DNA from: a virus
Length of the DNA: 64,000 nt
UHGV virus genome: UHGV-0072281
Direction: 5' to 3' (one strand)
Below the pieces are notes generated by a model. The model searched no databases. It had not been told where the DNA came from and saw only the letters and a program-made list of their open reading frames with translations. Shown here in pieces: positions 8,208 through 17,644 of the stretch. Positions within the stretch are counted from its first letter, which is position 1. The number at the start of each line of letters is the position of its first letter. The position numbers and the translations under genes are program-made.

Positions 8208-8687
8208 ATGTTGAAGTTTATCTGGCGTTACCCAACCCGATTTTGGTTCGTGGTATTAGAGGTAATCACCGTTCTACTGTTAGTGACATTCGTAAACGCC
8301 CCTACGAAACAAATGGTGATTTTCTGTGTATTCGTCGCTATACCGTTGTGGGTATTTGCAAAGATTATTAAGTTTTACATGATAAGCTGGGCGAACTACA
8401 CCTGTCCATTTAAACCCAGAGAAATCATGAACTGGTTGATGTATATCGAAGACCGTTTACCCGCTCAGTCTAAAACGTTAGGCTGGCAATCGATGTTGGA
8501 TATTGCGCTAGAAACAAACGCAAAATTCCCTGGGTCAAAGAATCCTTATTTGCTGCTGGCTGTTATTGTTGCCCAGCAGAAACGTGCAGGCGAACGTTGG
8601 TTACCGAAAGAAGCGAAAGAGTATATTCGTAAACATCCGAAGGCTTTCTATTCCGTAGGTCAATGGCGTAACCTCCCACTCTTTTAA
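8208..8687 (+). CDS. membrane protein with two N-terminal TM helices (holin-like topology, unproven)
   Basis: hydrophobic segments FWFVVLEVITVLLLVTFV and MVIFCVFVAIPLWVFAKII. Confidence 0.45.
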   Translation: MLKFIWRYPTRFWFVVLEVITVLLLVTFVNAPTKQMVIFCVFVAIPLWVFAKIIKFYMISWANYTCPFKPREIMNWLMYIEDRLPAQSKTLGWQSMLDIALETNAKFPGSKNPYLLLAVIVAQQKRAGERWLPKEAKEYIRKHPKAFYSVGQWRNLPLF

Positions 8688-8740
8688 CTTTTTTACAAAA
8701 CCCTTAGTTGATTTGAATAAACCTAAAGAGGACTATTAAA

Positions 8741-9676
8741 ATGACTTTTCCATCTGAAGTAATTTACGAACTGGCTAACACACTACGTCGTCACTATAGC
8801 GCCAAGATGATGCAAACCCATGTGGGTGCGACCGCTGACTTTTTGCGCGGCCATTTCCTGGGCAATAACCCGCCATCTATTACACAGGAAACGGTTTTCT
8901 CTATCGATCGTGCCTCCTTAATTCTTCCAATCGACCACGCCATTGCGGTTCAAGAAGGGAATACGTTCAACTTCTCTATGGGAATGCGACGTTCGTCTAT
9001 CGCCGTTAACTCAAACATGGGAAATAACCAGTCTTTCGTACAGAACACGCACTCTGCAGAACACGGTAACTGGTTCGTTGTTGTAGAACAAGGCGTGAAT
9101 CAGTATGACGTTGTTGCAGCTCGCGATGAATCTTTCTTTGAGCTGGGACAGATTTCTCGCCGTCGTGAAATTGCGCTTGACCTACGTCAAGGTAATATCG
9201 GATTAAGTGGGACCAGTGTCTATTTCATCCTGAGCAGTTGGGCACATGTAAGTTATGTGCTGAAAAATGCCAGTCCGACGTTCCACGCAACGACGGTAGA
9301 ATTTCGTGGCCTTGAGATAGAATATCGTGACGAAGAAGAAACGGTACCTGGCACAGAGGTCGCCATTTGTGAAAACTACGATGATCTGAAATCTGTGCTT
9401 GTTAAGCGTGATGTTTTCGAATCGTTAAACTTGGATTTCCCCGGCGATGAAAATGAAATATCCGTAGCTGACCTGGTAGAAACATTGTGTCAGAAAGACC
9501 AAGCTAACGAAATTAGCGACGAAGAAGCAGAACTCTTCCAAGTTCAACAACTCATCAGCAAGGTTATCGGCGGTCAGGAAATTGTTGACACCCTTATGGC
9601 TTTACCACCGAAGAAACGTACTCAAAAGTACATTCGTGAACTGGTTCTTGAAAACCTGGGTCAAGCCAAAAAGTAA
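8741..9676 (+). CDS. hypothetical protein, paralog family A (long member)
   Basis: N-terminus MTFPSEVIYELANTLRRH and C-terminal SGTSVYFILSSWAHV resemble the next gene. Confidence 0.55.
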   Translation: MTFPSEVIYELANTLRRHYSAKMMQTHVGATADFLRGHFLGNNPPSITQETVFSIDRASLILPIDHAIAVQEGNTFNFSMGMRRSSIAVNSNMGNNQSFVQNTHSAEHGNWFVVVEQGVNQYDVVAARDESFFELGQISRRREIALDLRQGNIGLSGTSVYFILSSWAHVSYVLKNASPTFHATTVEFRGLEIEYRDEEETVPGTEVAICENYDDLKSVLVKRDVFESLNLDFPGDENEISVADLVETLCQKDQANEISDEEAELFQVQQLISKVIGGQEIVDTLMALPPKKRTQKYIRELVLENLGQAKK

Positions 9677-9684
9677 TTTAAATC

Positions 9685-9718
9685 CCCTACTCCCGGAGGA
9701 GTAGGGTTAATTCTTTTT
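9685..9718 (+). terminator. terminator hairpin ccctactcc-cgga-ggagtaggg + T-run
   Basis: same stem recurs at 10298 and 29620. Confidence 0.6.
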
Positions 9719-9737
9719 CCATCTTAGGAGTATTAAA

Positions 9738-10286
9738 ATGTTTCCATCATCTGAATATTTAACCCACCTGGCTTACGGTATTCGTCGAGGTTCTGTTTTC
9801 CGTACACGTTTAAAGGACGTAAATTTCCTGGCTAATTTCTTATTTAACCATTTGGGAGATGGAACTAACGTTTACAAAAAGATCACCACAACACAACTTT
9901 ATTCCCTTATAGCGGCGTCTGAAATTGTACCTACAGATATTTGGCGATTCAAGCGTTATAACGGAGATATTACGATCAGTTTTCTTGATCATTCTCCTAT
10001 TACCGTTGAAATCGTCGAACGCGTTGATATTAATAGTGAAGTGTCTGGTTGGAAGATTCTGTTTGATTGTGGCAATCGTTATGCGGTACTTGGCTCCTCT
10101 GATGAACGTGACTTCCCATTCGACAAACCCTACTACTACCTCAGCGAAGATGATTTCCCGGATAAAGAATCCAATATCTTTTTAAACGGGGATACCGTTT
10201 ACTTCATTTTTCGTACTTGGAACGATGTTGCTGCTATGATTGCTCAAGGTGTCATCGATTACCGTAAACTAGAAGTCGACATTTAA
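9738..10286 (+). CDS. hypothetical protein, paralog family A (short member)
   Basis: MFPSSEYLTHLAYGIRRG... and GDTVYFIFRTWNDV parallel the upstream gene. Confidence 0.55.
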   Translation: MFPSSEYLTHLAYGIRRGSVFRTRLKDVNFLANFLFNHLGDGTNVYKKITTTQLYSLIAASEIVPTDIWRFKRYNGDITISFLDHSPITVEIVERVDINSEVSGWKILFDCGNRYAVLGSSDERDFPFDKPYYYLSEDDFPDKESNIFLNGDTVYFIFRTWNDVAAMIAQGVIDYRKLEVDI

Positions 10287-10297
10287 AATAAAAGCTA

Positions 10298-10332
10298 CCC
10301 TACTCCTTTTCGGGAGTAGGGTAATTTCTTTT
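10298..10332. terminator. bidirectional terminator between convergent genes (ccctactcc ttttcg ggagtaggg)
   Basis: hairpin flanked by T-rich on both strands; lies between + gene end 10286 and - gene end 10331. Confidence 0.6.
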
Positions 10333-10954
10333 AGTTAACTAACCCGTTAGCTTTAAGAATCTCTAACATCTGGTTGTTTAACTCTTTTAATTTTTTGTTT
10401 TCGTTTGTCAACGAAATAACTTGTTCCGACAACGGAATAGCCTCTCGAATTTTCTTTTTCCGAGCCGCTTCCATTTGTAGGTGTTGCTCCTCCGTCACCT
10501 TCCCTTCATACTCCATGGTCGTGATTTCGACTTTCGGGTCGATACCCAACGTACGGGTGAGAATATCCGAAACGTCTTTAGTCATCACCGACACATCTAC
10601 ATAATCCGGTACAAACGATAAGTCCACCACCATCACATTACGCTGGTACGCGATTCCCGATAAACCGGGACACGATTCTACGTAAGTGTCGGGGATATAA
10701 ACGACTTGACCATCGCGTGATTTAAACGTAAGTATTGACGCGTTAACAGTGGCATCAGCAAGATATTCTTCTCGCTCCAACCCAACGGGCTTGTAATACT
10801 CGTTGTAAACATCAATATTCTGACGTACTAAATCTGGGAAGGTACGTGATGCCTCCACCGTGAAGATAACCGTTTCGGCTAACGTAAACGGTGTTTTTAC
10901 CTTAAATAAACCCGTTGTATTAACGGGAACCAAAAGAGGTAAACGCGTAGCCAT
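10331..10954 (-). CDS. hypothetical protein
   Basis: 207-aa minus-strand ORF immediately downstream of the 458-aa minus gene. Confidence 0.5.
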   Translation of the reverse strand: MATRLPLLVPVNTTGLFKVKTPFTLAETVIFTVEASRTFPDLVRQNIDVYNEYYKPVGLEREEYLADATVNASILTFKSRDGQVVYIPDTYVESCPGLSGIAYQRNVMVVDLSFVPDYVDVSVMTKDVSDILTRTLGIDPKVEITTMEYEGKVTEEQHLQMEAARKKKIREAIPLSEQVISLTNENKKLKELNNQMLEILKANGLVN

Positions 10955-10957
10955 TCA

Positions 10958-12331
10958 TTACTCCTCGTCGATTTCAGTATACCATTTCGCTTTACGAGAC
11001 AGTATGCGATATTCGACGTTATCGTATTCAAACACCCAGAAGTAGTTATCTGGATCGGCTTCATCAACGAGTTTCACGACGTCCAGACTGGTCTGATACG
11101 GATGGTATTCTTCCGCTGCTATTAACGCCTGGAAGAACAACGCTAACCACTCTGTGGTGGATTTCGACATTCGTGCAATGTCTGGGTTTGTTGTTGCAAT
11201 CAGTGCGTAGTCTGGTAACGTTTCGTGTAAGGTATTCTTACGAGTGTCGTTTTCAGGACCACTGATAACCACCATGTTCAGTGATTTATACACAGTAGGT
11301 AAATCGGTAACATCCGTTGTCGGTTTGCTTACCGTATTACTATTTCTTTCTGCAACAGACTGATCAGACCATTCCCCAAACTTTGTAATGGCTTTGACCC
11401 AGAAATCATATGGAAGGATGGGGGAATAGAGAGCCGCCACGTCTTCCTCATTCGGTATACCACGGATTTTCCACCCCGGAACCATTGTGAATTTCGTAGT
11501 GGTAAAGATCTCAGGGAATACCTTCACCCCAATCGGAACCGTAAAGCTGGAGTTTGCAAGAATATGTTCACGCAACGCTTGCTTTATTTTCGTTGGGTTT
11601 TTTCCTGCACGTCCGTAAATGATAACCGACATTGGAACAACCAGTGTTGACTCGTAGTTTTCTTGGTCATGCCAGGTGTAGTAGTTAGTTTGGATGGCAG
11701 TATACGGGAACCCTGCCATTAACTCGTTGATTTTCTTATGGTGTTCGGTAAGGTTAAACCCTTCCATCGCTTTTTCAACGACTGACTTTGTGGCCAAGAA
11801 TGTGTCGATTGGCTCAATCGGCATCTGTACTTCGATTTCAAAACCCGTGTAGTCCTGGTCGAAGTCTTCATCCGAGAACCAAACTATGATTTGGTTATCT
11901 ACATCAGTGTCATCTTGTACTTGATCTGCTGTTGCTTCATATTTCCAGCTCACCCAACGTGGGAACCAGTTACTGTTCGTCTGGATCATCGCACCGGACT
12001 GAACACCGGAAATGGTTGTTTGGAATTGGCCTAATAATAGGCGCTGGAATTCAAGTTCGTCATTTCTCAGATTCCCCAAGATGGCTTGCTGGTAAATCCA
12101 TTGAGAAACGGTTAGAATATGATCAGAAAACTCGGCTGGAACAACAACCGTCTGTTTTTCTCGTTTAGACGTAAATGTCACCAACTGCACTTGCAGATTG
12201 GATTTAGTAAACGTCTGTTTACTCTTCGCGTACGAGAGGGTCAGATCAGACAGCTCACCTACCGGAGCGGTGACGCCGTCCTGATTGTCAAACAGAGCCG
12301 GTATCTGAATAAAACCTTGTAAGTCTAACAT
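10958..12331 (-). CDS. hypothetical protein (possible virion/structural)
   Basis: start placed at internal Met (MLDLQGF, codon at 12329-12331) with GGAG RBS; track start 12391 would overlap the divergent gene. Confidence 0.5.
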   Translation of the reverse strand: MLDLQGFIQIPALFDNQDGVTAPVGELSDLTLSYAKSKQTFTKSNLQVQLVTFTSKREKQTVVVPAEFSDHILTVSQWIYQQAILGNLRNDELEFQRLLLGQFQTTISGVQSGAMIQTNSNWFPRWVSWKYEATADQVQDDTDVDNQIIVWFSDEDFDQDYTGFEIEVQMPIEPIDTFLATKSVVEKAMEGFNLTEHHKKINELMAGFPYTAIQTNYYTWHDQENYESTLVVPMSVIIYGRAGKNPTKIKQALREHILANSSFTVPIGVKVFPEIFTTTKFTMVPGWKIRGIPNEEDVAALYSPILPYDFWVKAITKFGEWSDQSVAERNSNTVSKPTTDVTDLPTVYKSLNMVVISGPENDTRKNTLHETLPDYALIATTNPDIARMSKSTTEWLALFFQALIAAEEYHPYQTSLDVVKLVDEADPDNYFWVFEYDNVEYRILSRKAKWYTEIDEE

Positions 12332-12356
12332 AATTAAAAATACTCCGAGGTGAGCA

Positions 12357-12860
12357 ATGGGTTCATTTCTTAAAGTGCTTCCGTTCTTCATTCAGATGTT
12401 GATGGAAGCATTTAAACCAGGAGAAGGAGAAAACGTATCAAGAGCAAACAAGATAATGACTTTAATCATCACGGTCTTGTTATCCTACTCGGCTTTCGTC
12501 TCCTATGCGTACGTAGTGCAGTTTCACAAGCTCGTTACAGTACAATCGCATGATCAATACATGTCGCAATCTTACCAAGAGATGAAGCAAGATCGTGACA
12601 AACTGAAAGATGATAATGGTAGATTATACGACAAGCTCTTTATTTGCCTCGGCCAGAAACCGCCATATGAAAGCGGGTACAGCTCGGTAAAAGAAGACGT
12701 CTCTGCCAAAGATTTAACACCTAAGAAACCAGAAACTCCTGTTAGCCCAGCTTCAACACCAGAACAACGCAAAGAAGCTTCGGCACGACCTGTTGGTAGT
12801 CAAGACGCTAACAGTTTCCGTCAGGAGATCATAAAGACGTTATCGTCACCTAAGGAGTAA
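12357..12860 (+). CDS. membrane protein with one TM helix, coiled-coil and Pro-rich tail (i-spanin-like architecture, speculative)
   Basis: TM IMTLIITVLLSYSAFVSYAYVV, then charged helical segment, then PKKPETPVSPASTPEQ. Confidence 0.4.
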   Translation: MGSFLKVLPFFIQMLMEAFKPGEGENVSRANKIMTLIITVLLSYSAFVSYAYVVQFHKLVTVQSHDQYMSQSYQEMKQDRDKLKDDNGRLYDKLFICLGQKPPYESGYSSVKEDVSAKDLTPKKPETPVSPASTPEQRKEASARPVGSQDANSFRQEIIKTLSSPKE

Positions 12861-12863
12861 CTG

Positions 12864-13319
12864 ATGAAATCGCTGTTATTCATCATGATTTTGTGCGTGG
12901 GTTTGGTGAGTAATAGCTATGGAGAACCCGGTAAACGGTCATCCTATACTGCGTTACAGCCTCCGCCAGCGCCACCTATCATGTTAAATTGGAAAATTGA
13001 TAAAGACGCGATGCGGGAATATGTTGCGGATGTGAATACATACGCTTATTACGTTTATCTCTACACACGAAACTTAAATCAGCAAGCAGTCAAACGCGGG
13101 TGGAATCCACCGATGTTAGCACCTATCTGCGAACGGTTTGAAATTCCTAAATTACATTCCGTTCCAGAAAAGATGCTATTAGACGAGAAAGCGTTAACGC
13201 CACAAGAAATCAGTCGGGATTTATCACGTAAACTGAATTCGTTGTTGTGGAATTATCGCTCTGACCGGCAAGCTTTATTAGACGCCTACGATCAGTATCT
13301 GACAACGTGTTTGAACTGA
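12864..13319 (+). CDS. secreted/periplasmic protein
   Basis: signal-peptide-like MKSLLFIMILCVGLVSNSYG; no canonical lipobox. Confidence 0.45.
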   Translation: MKSLLFIMILCVGLVSNSYGEPGKRSSYTALQPPPAPPIMLNWKIDKDAMREYVADVNTYAYYVYLYTRNLNQQAVKRGWNPPMLAPICERFEIPKLHSVPEKMLLDEKALTPQEISRDLSRKLNSLLWNYRSDRQALLDAYDQYLTTCLN

Positions 13320-13324
13320 CAACG

Positions 13325-13368
13325 CCTCCTGTATCCTTCGGGGTACAGGAGGTATTTTCTTTTTAACG
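13325..13368 (+). terminator. rho-independent terminator (cctcctgtatcc ttcg gggtacaggagg + T-run)
   Basis: 12-bp stem with one mismatch, then ATTTTCTTTTT. Confidence 0.6.
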
Positions 13369-13406
13369 TTTAACCCCCTTCTAATGTATAGAGAAAGGAG
13401 CTTAAC

Positions 13407-14141
13407 ATGACATACCCGAAAACGATTCAACCCACCTTACCGACGCTGGTAATTGGTGCTGACGCAGAAACCAAATCACTGCGTCCTGATGCGTATTTGT
13501 TAACCACAGGCTTAGTTGCCTTTGACGTACCGACTTTAAAAATGGTAGGGTCGTCGTATATGCGTATTGATCCTAACGACCCTAAAGCAAAAGCTGTGTT
13601 CCACGAAGACCCGCAAACCGTGGGGTGGTGGGAAGGTAAAGGAGAACCTGAATACGCACCGTCTCGTGAAGCCTACACGGAAGCATGGGGTGGTACAACT
13701 CCTATGCCGGAAGCGCTGTGGGCAATGCGGAAGTGGTTAGACGAAATCACCGGCAAACACAATTTCGTTATTACCATGCGTGGGCCAGATTTCGATTCTC
13801 CAATTTTCATGAACGCGTTCGCACAATGTGACGTCCCTCCAGGTAAGTTCCGTAAGTTTAGTGCGTTAGACAGCGACCGCACCGCAGAGCGTTTAGCGCT
13901 GGCGTTTGGTTTTGAGCCTGACTTGACCGTTGAGCAAGTTTACTGGACGCGGGGTAAACCGGCATTTGAACACCATGCTTTGTGGGACGCTGCGAAAGAA
14001 GCGTACACCACCGCACGTATTTATCACCTTGCACTGATTACCCGCGAGTATGGGTACGAACGTGCTAAAGCCTGTCACGAAGAACTGAAAACCGGTGAGT
14101 ATATTCCACCACAGATTCGTGATCAGTTAACCAGGGATTAA
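13407..14141 (+). CDS. DnaQ-like DEDDh 3'-5' exonuclease
   Basis: Exo I-like LVIGADAET, Exo II-like GPDFDSPIF, Exo III HHALWDA (H-x-A-x-x-D). Confidence 0.55.
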   Translation: MTYPKTIQPTLPTLVIGADAETKSLRPDAYLLTTGLVAFDVPTLKMVGSSYMRIDPNDPKAKAVFHEDPQTVGWWEGKGEPEYAPSREAYTEAWGGTTPMPEALWAMRKWLDEITGKHNFVITMRGPDFDSPIFMNAFAQCDVPPGKFRKFSALDSDRTAERLALAFGFEPDLTVEQVYWTRGKPAFEHHALWDAAKEAYTTARIYHLALITREYGYERAKACHEELKTGEYIPPQIRDQLTRD

Positions 14142-14143
14142 GA

Positions 14144-15655
14144 ATGAAGAACGTTGATGTTGCTGTACTTTATACCGACGGTAGCCATTTAACCTCACCG
14201 ATGGGAACAGGCGGTGGGATTCACGGCTACCTGTTTAACAAGGAAGAGATTGTTGACGGTGGCGTTTATCGCCACCCTACCATTCCCGAAGGGATTACGA
14301 CCTCTGGTTATCGTCAGATTAACAAAGAGGAAAAACTTCCTGCGTTACCAGACTCCGTTGAGTTTGTGGACTGCGTTATTCCAGTACCGAAACACCACCA
14401 CTCCGATGTTGCAGAGATTGTTGCTTTTTTAACCGTTTTCGAAAAAGCACCATTCGTTGCAAAAAACTACGTTATCTATATCGACGCGTCTTACGTTGTG
14501 AATACGTTTAACGATTGGATTGACGGTTGGGCTAAGCGGGACTGGCGACGGGCTGATGGAACCCCTATCGCGAACCTTGAGCTGGTTCAACGGATGTGGG
14601 AAATTAAGAAACGTCTGAAGAGAGAAGGGAAAGGGATTCGTGTTCTTAAAATCAAAGGACACTCTGGTCACTACGGTAACGAACGAGCTGACGGGCTGGC
14701 ACGAAAAGGATCATCCATCTCTGCGCACGGAGAAGGTTTAGATTATCAGGCGTACTGGTCAGCAGATGAAATCCCGGAAGAACAGCAGGAAGAAATCGTC
14801 AGTGAAGGCGTTAACGTTGCCGCGTTTCCTGATATTTGCGTAACTAAGTTCTGTTACCCGATGGTAAATGAGCAGCACCCTACAGTTAAAGTAAACGGTG
14901 AAAATCTCTATTACATGTTCGGGGGTAACCACGCAAAACAGAAGGACGATATTGTCTTCGTTGGGAAATACATTCCTGATGCGCAGTTTTGTGTGATGTT
15001 TACACGTGAGCCGTGGACGAACGTTTACGATTTGGTTAACACCCACGCTGCTAAAGCCTGGGAGGGCGTACCACGTTTGCGTCAGTTTGACCCTATCGCT
15101 GTTGTGTTCAACCTGTTCGTAAAACGTAAGAAGTTTGCGGAAGCAGCGGCTAACGGTATCCCGGTTGACAAAATGCACTTTAGCGAAGACAAAAACCTGT
15201 GGATGTACGAAGACTTGTCTATCAGTCGTATTCTGCGTCCCGCGTTATTGTCATACCGCTGCGTAACCATTCGTGATGAACTGGCAGAGTGGCTGCGTGA
15301 CTGTTTGGAAGGCAAATCGAACGTTGTCTTAAATGACATTACCGATTTGCTTTATGACGAAAAAGGTAAACCCACCAAAGACTTTTACCGAAACGTGGAT
15401 AAAGGGTTTGACGTTTCCATTAAAATTCCTAACGGGAAGGTTGACGTTAAAACTATTCTGACGCGTGCTATCGACATACCGACACGTACGGAAATCAACC
15501 GTATTAAAGAACCAAACGGGCGATTCTACATTGCTGTACGTCGTCCAGAACGTCAGTATATTGAATACGCGTTAGTGTATATCGGTGAGAAGTATCATGG
15601 TCTGTGGTGTGGTTATTATTCAAACAAACGAATATTGACCGATAAGGAACTTTGA
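14144..15655 (+). CDS. RNase HI-like domain (N-terminal ~190 aa) fused to ~300-aa domain of unknown function
   Basis: LYTDGS (Asp), AEIVAF (Glu), IDASYVV (Asp), KGHSGHYGNERADGLA matches RNase HI KGHAGHPENERCDELA. Confidence 0.65.
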   Translation: MKNVDVAVLYTDGSHLTSPMGTGGGIHGYLFNKEEIVDGGVYRHPTIPEGITTSGYRQINKEEKLPALPDSVEFVDCVIPVPKHHHSDVAEIVAFLTVFEKAPFVAKNYVIYIDASYVVNTFNDWIDGWAKRDWRRADGTPIANLELVQRMWEIKKRLKREGKGIRVLKIKGHSGHYGNERADGLARKGSSISAHGEGLDYQAYWSADEIPEEQQEEIVSEGVNVAAFPDICVTKFCYPMVNEQHPTVKVNGENLYYMFGGNHAKQKDDIVFVGKYIPDAQFCVMFTREPWTNVYDLVNTHAAKAWEGVPRLRQFDPIAVVFNLFVKRKKFAEAAANGIPVDKMHFSEDKNLWMYEDLSISRILRPALLSYRCVTIRDELAEWLRDCLEGKSNVVLNDITDLLYDEKGKPTKDFYRNVDKGFDVSIKIPNGKVDVKTILTRAIDIPTRTEINRIKEPNGRFYIAVRRPERQYIEYALVYIGEKYHGLWCGYYSNKRILTDKEL

Positions 15656-16323
15656 TGCTGATTGTTTTTAGTCAAGCGTTATCGATGGCACCGAGTTATA
15701 TCCAGATACGCTTTTCAGCAATTGCGCGTCAGCAGTGGGGCTTTAAAGCCCCCTATTCTGACGATCACTATACACTCGGTGAAGTAGCACTTGAACTTGC
15801 TTTACGTTCATTGTGGGAAATCATTGCATTATACAATGCAGGTTGTGATATACCGAAAGATTGTTTCCCACAGCGGGTGATTGCACAAAGCACTACGAAC
15901 ACTTACGGTAATCCGGCATTGGTAGAAGAGTGCTTAGGCTACGCTAACCAATCCGGGGAACTGCAACACAACTTTAATCTGGTGATTAACAAAGTCTGGA
16001 GTGAGTTGGAAAGCTACCCTGAAAAGATTATCTGGTTTGATCGTAACCAATTCGTTAAGGAGGCGGCCAGTAAACGACCCGTACGTTTAGTTGCCTTAAA
16101 GCCCACCGACCTTGATTTGAAACAAACGTATCCCTTCCCGGAAGAAATTCGACTTTCTCCAGAAACCGTAGGACACACTATTTTCAAACAAGGTGACGCC
16201 TGGATACTTCCTCACGATCTAGACCGTTTCCTGCTCAACTCCGATCAGATTCACTCCGGCTATGATTCTCTCGTGAAAGAGTTTCACATCGATCCCTATT
16301 TCGCTAAAAATTTTCTTAGATAG
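15652..16323 (+). CDS. hypothetical protein
   Basis: 223-aa ORF, coupled overlap with upstream gene. Confidence 0.5.
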   Translation: MMLIVFSQALSMAPSYIQIRFSAIARQQWGFKAPYSDDHYTLGEVALELALRSLWEIIALYNAGCDIPKDCFPQRVIAQSTTNTYGNPALVEECLGYANQSGELQHNFNLVINKVWSELESYPEKIIWFDRNQFVKEAASKRPVRLVALKPTDLDLKQTYPFPEEIRLSPETVGHTIFKQGDAWILPHDLDRFLLNSDQIHSGYDSLVKEFHIDPYFAKNFLR

Positions 16324-16330
16324 ATATTAT
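16321..16330 (+). promoter_or_regulatory. recurring motif TAGATATTAT (copy 2)
   Basis: overlaps stop codon of upstream gene, about 30 bp before next ATG. Confidence 0.2.
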
Positions 16331-16360
16331 TCAGGTGTAGAACCCTCGGAGTTAATCACC

Positions 16361-17098
16361 ATGTTGAAAGTTTATGTCCCTCAATTACAACGTATTAATC
16401 CCTCGTTGTTCGAGGGATTCTTTTATAAATTTTGGCCACAATACTTCAATGAACATTTGAAGGACCCGAGGTGGTCAACCGCACAAGGAGAATTCTTTTA
16501 TACCGCACAGACTGCCTGCACAAACGTCTTTACTCGTCTCATCGCTGAGGTTATTGACGCTGTCAACACCAACCGAAACTTTGACCTTCGTGACGTCGTA
16601 ATAGATCTCTCAGCGATCTTCGATAACTACGATTGCGATGACGCAGTATTCGAACATTTCTCCTCTGAAGATGTGTGGGAGGCCGTTTATCAATGGCTAG
16701 AATACTACGTGAATTTTCTACTTTCCTCGAACATGTTAGAAAATTACAATAAAGCACTCTTTCCCATTTATAACGACTTAGTGAACGTTAAACTGACAAA
16801 GAATCTCGTTGGTTTTTGGTATTCGACCTACGACGCTGAAAGCAGATTGTGGGAAAAAGAAATGATCGCTTACGGCATCGAGCGCGGCGATTATGATGAA
16901 TTATATCGATGTTATTGGCCGTTCAATCATTACGAAAAAGGGTGTCAAGGCGATCCGTATTTGTGGTCTTTTTATTTCTGTAATCAGACTGGTGTTATTT
17001 ATCTTGAAGACACCGGTGTACGAATCCCTAACGGTACTGATGTAACATACTGCCAATTACGTAAAGACCGGGCTGACGCCATTTATCAGGATTATTAA
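16361..17098 (+). CDS. hypothetical protein
   Basis: 245-aa ORF. Confidence 0.5.
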   Translation: MLKVYVPQLQRINPSLFEGFFYKFWPQYFNEHLKDPRWSTAQGEFFYTAQTACTNVFTRLIAEVIDAVNTNRNFDLRDVVIDLSAIFDNYDCDDAVFEHFSSEDVWEAVYQWLEYYVNFLLSSNMLENYNKALFPIYNDLVNVKLTKNLVGFWYSTYDAESRLWEKEMIAYGIERGDYDELYRCYWPFNHYEKGCQGDPYLWSFYFCNQTGVIYLEDTGVRIPNGTDVTYCQLRKDRADAIYQDY

Positions 17099-17099
17099 C

Positions 17100-17642
17100 A
17101 TGAAATTACTTATCGATTTTTCCCTGAGTTTGTCACGCGACAGGCTAAATAAAATACTTACTGAAATGCGAAGTAAAGTGACGTTAGAATTGCACGATGC
17201 GATAGCGGTATACGAGAGAAAGCTAACGAAAGAGAACAACGGGGAGACCGTGGTGATCTTAGACGCTAAAGCGATGGTGGATTTTCTGGTGGACGTTTTA
17301 GAAAGGCGGATACACGCAGTGATAGAACGACCCTACCTGGTTCGTGTAACCGACCCAGACACTACGGTAGATTCGATACTGGAAAAAGCATTCGTTGACG
17401 CAGCACACTATTTACAAAATCATTCCCCGGACGATTTCGAAACGATTTACGTTGGTGTTATACAGCAACAGAATGCTGAAACCAATATAGTCGATACTGT
17501 GTGTTGGAGCGATATTCTTACTAATGAAACCATGTCTCGCATTCGAGATATCTTTATTGAAAATTTGGCATTAGTAAAAAGGGTGTGTAGTTCCGAGATT
17601 ATTTATTTATCATCGAAATACGAAAAATCTAAAGGAGTATAA
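17100..17642 (+). CDS. hypothetical protein
   Basis: 180-aa ORF. Confidence 0.5.
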   Translation: MKLLIDFSLSLSRDRLNKILTEMRSKVTLELHDAIAVYERKLTKENNGETVVILDAKAMVDFLVDVLERRIHAVIERPYLVRVTDPDTTVDSILEKAFVDAAHYLQNHSPDDFETIYVGVIQQQNAETNIVDTVCWSDILTNETMSRIRDIFIENLALVKRVCSSEIIYLSSKYEKSKGV

Positions 17643-17644
17643 TC

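Noticed and set aside
12332-12391. Upstream start (MKNGS...) for the 10958-12391 minus-strand ORF
   Set aside because: It would overlap the divergent + gene starting at 12357; internal Met at 12329-12331 with a GGAG RBS is more plausible.
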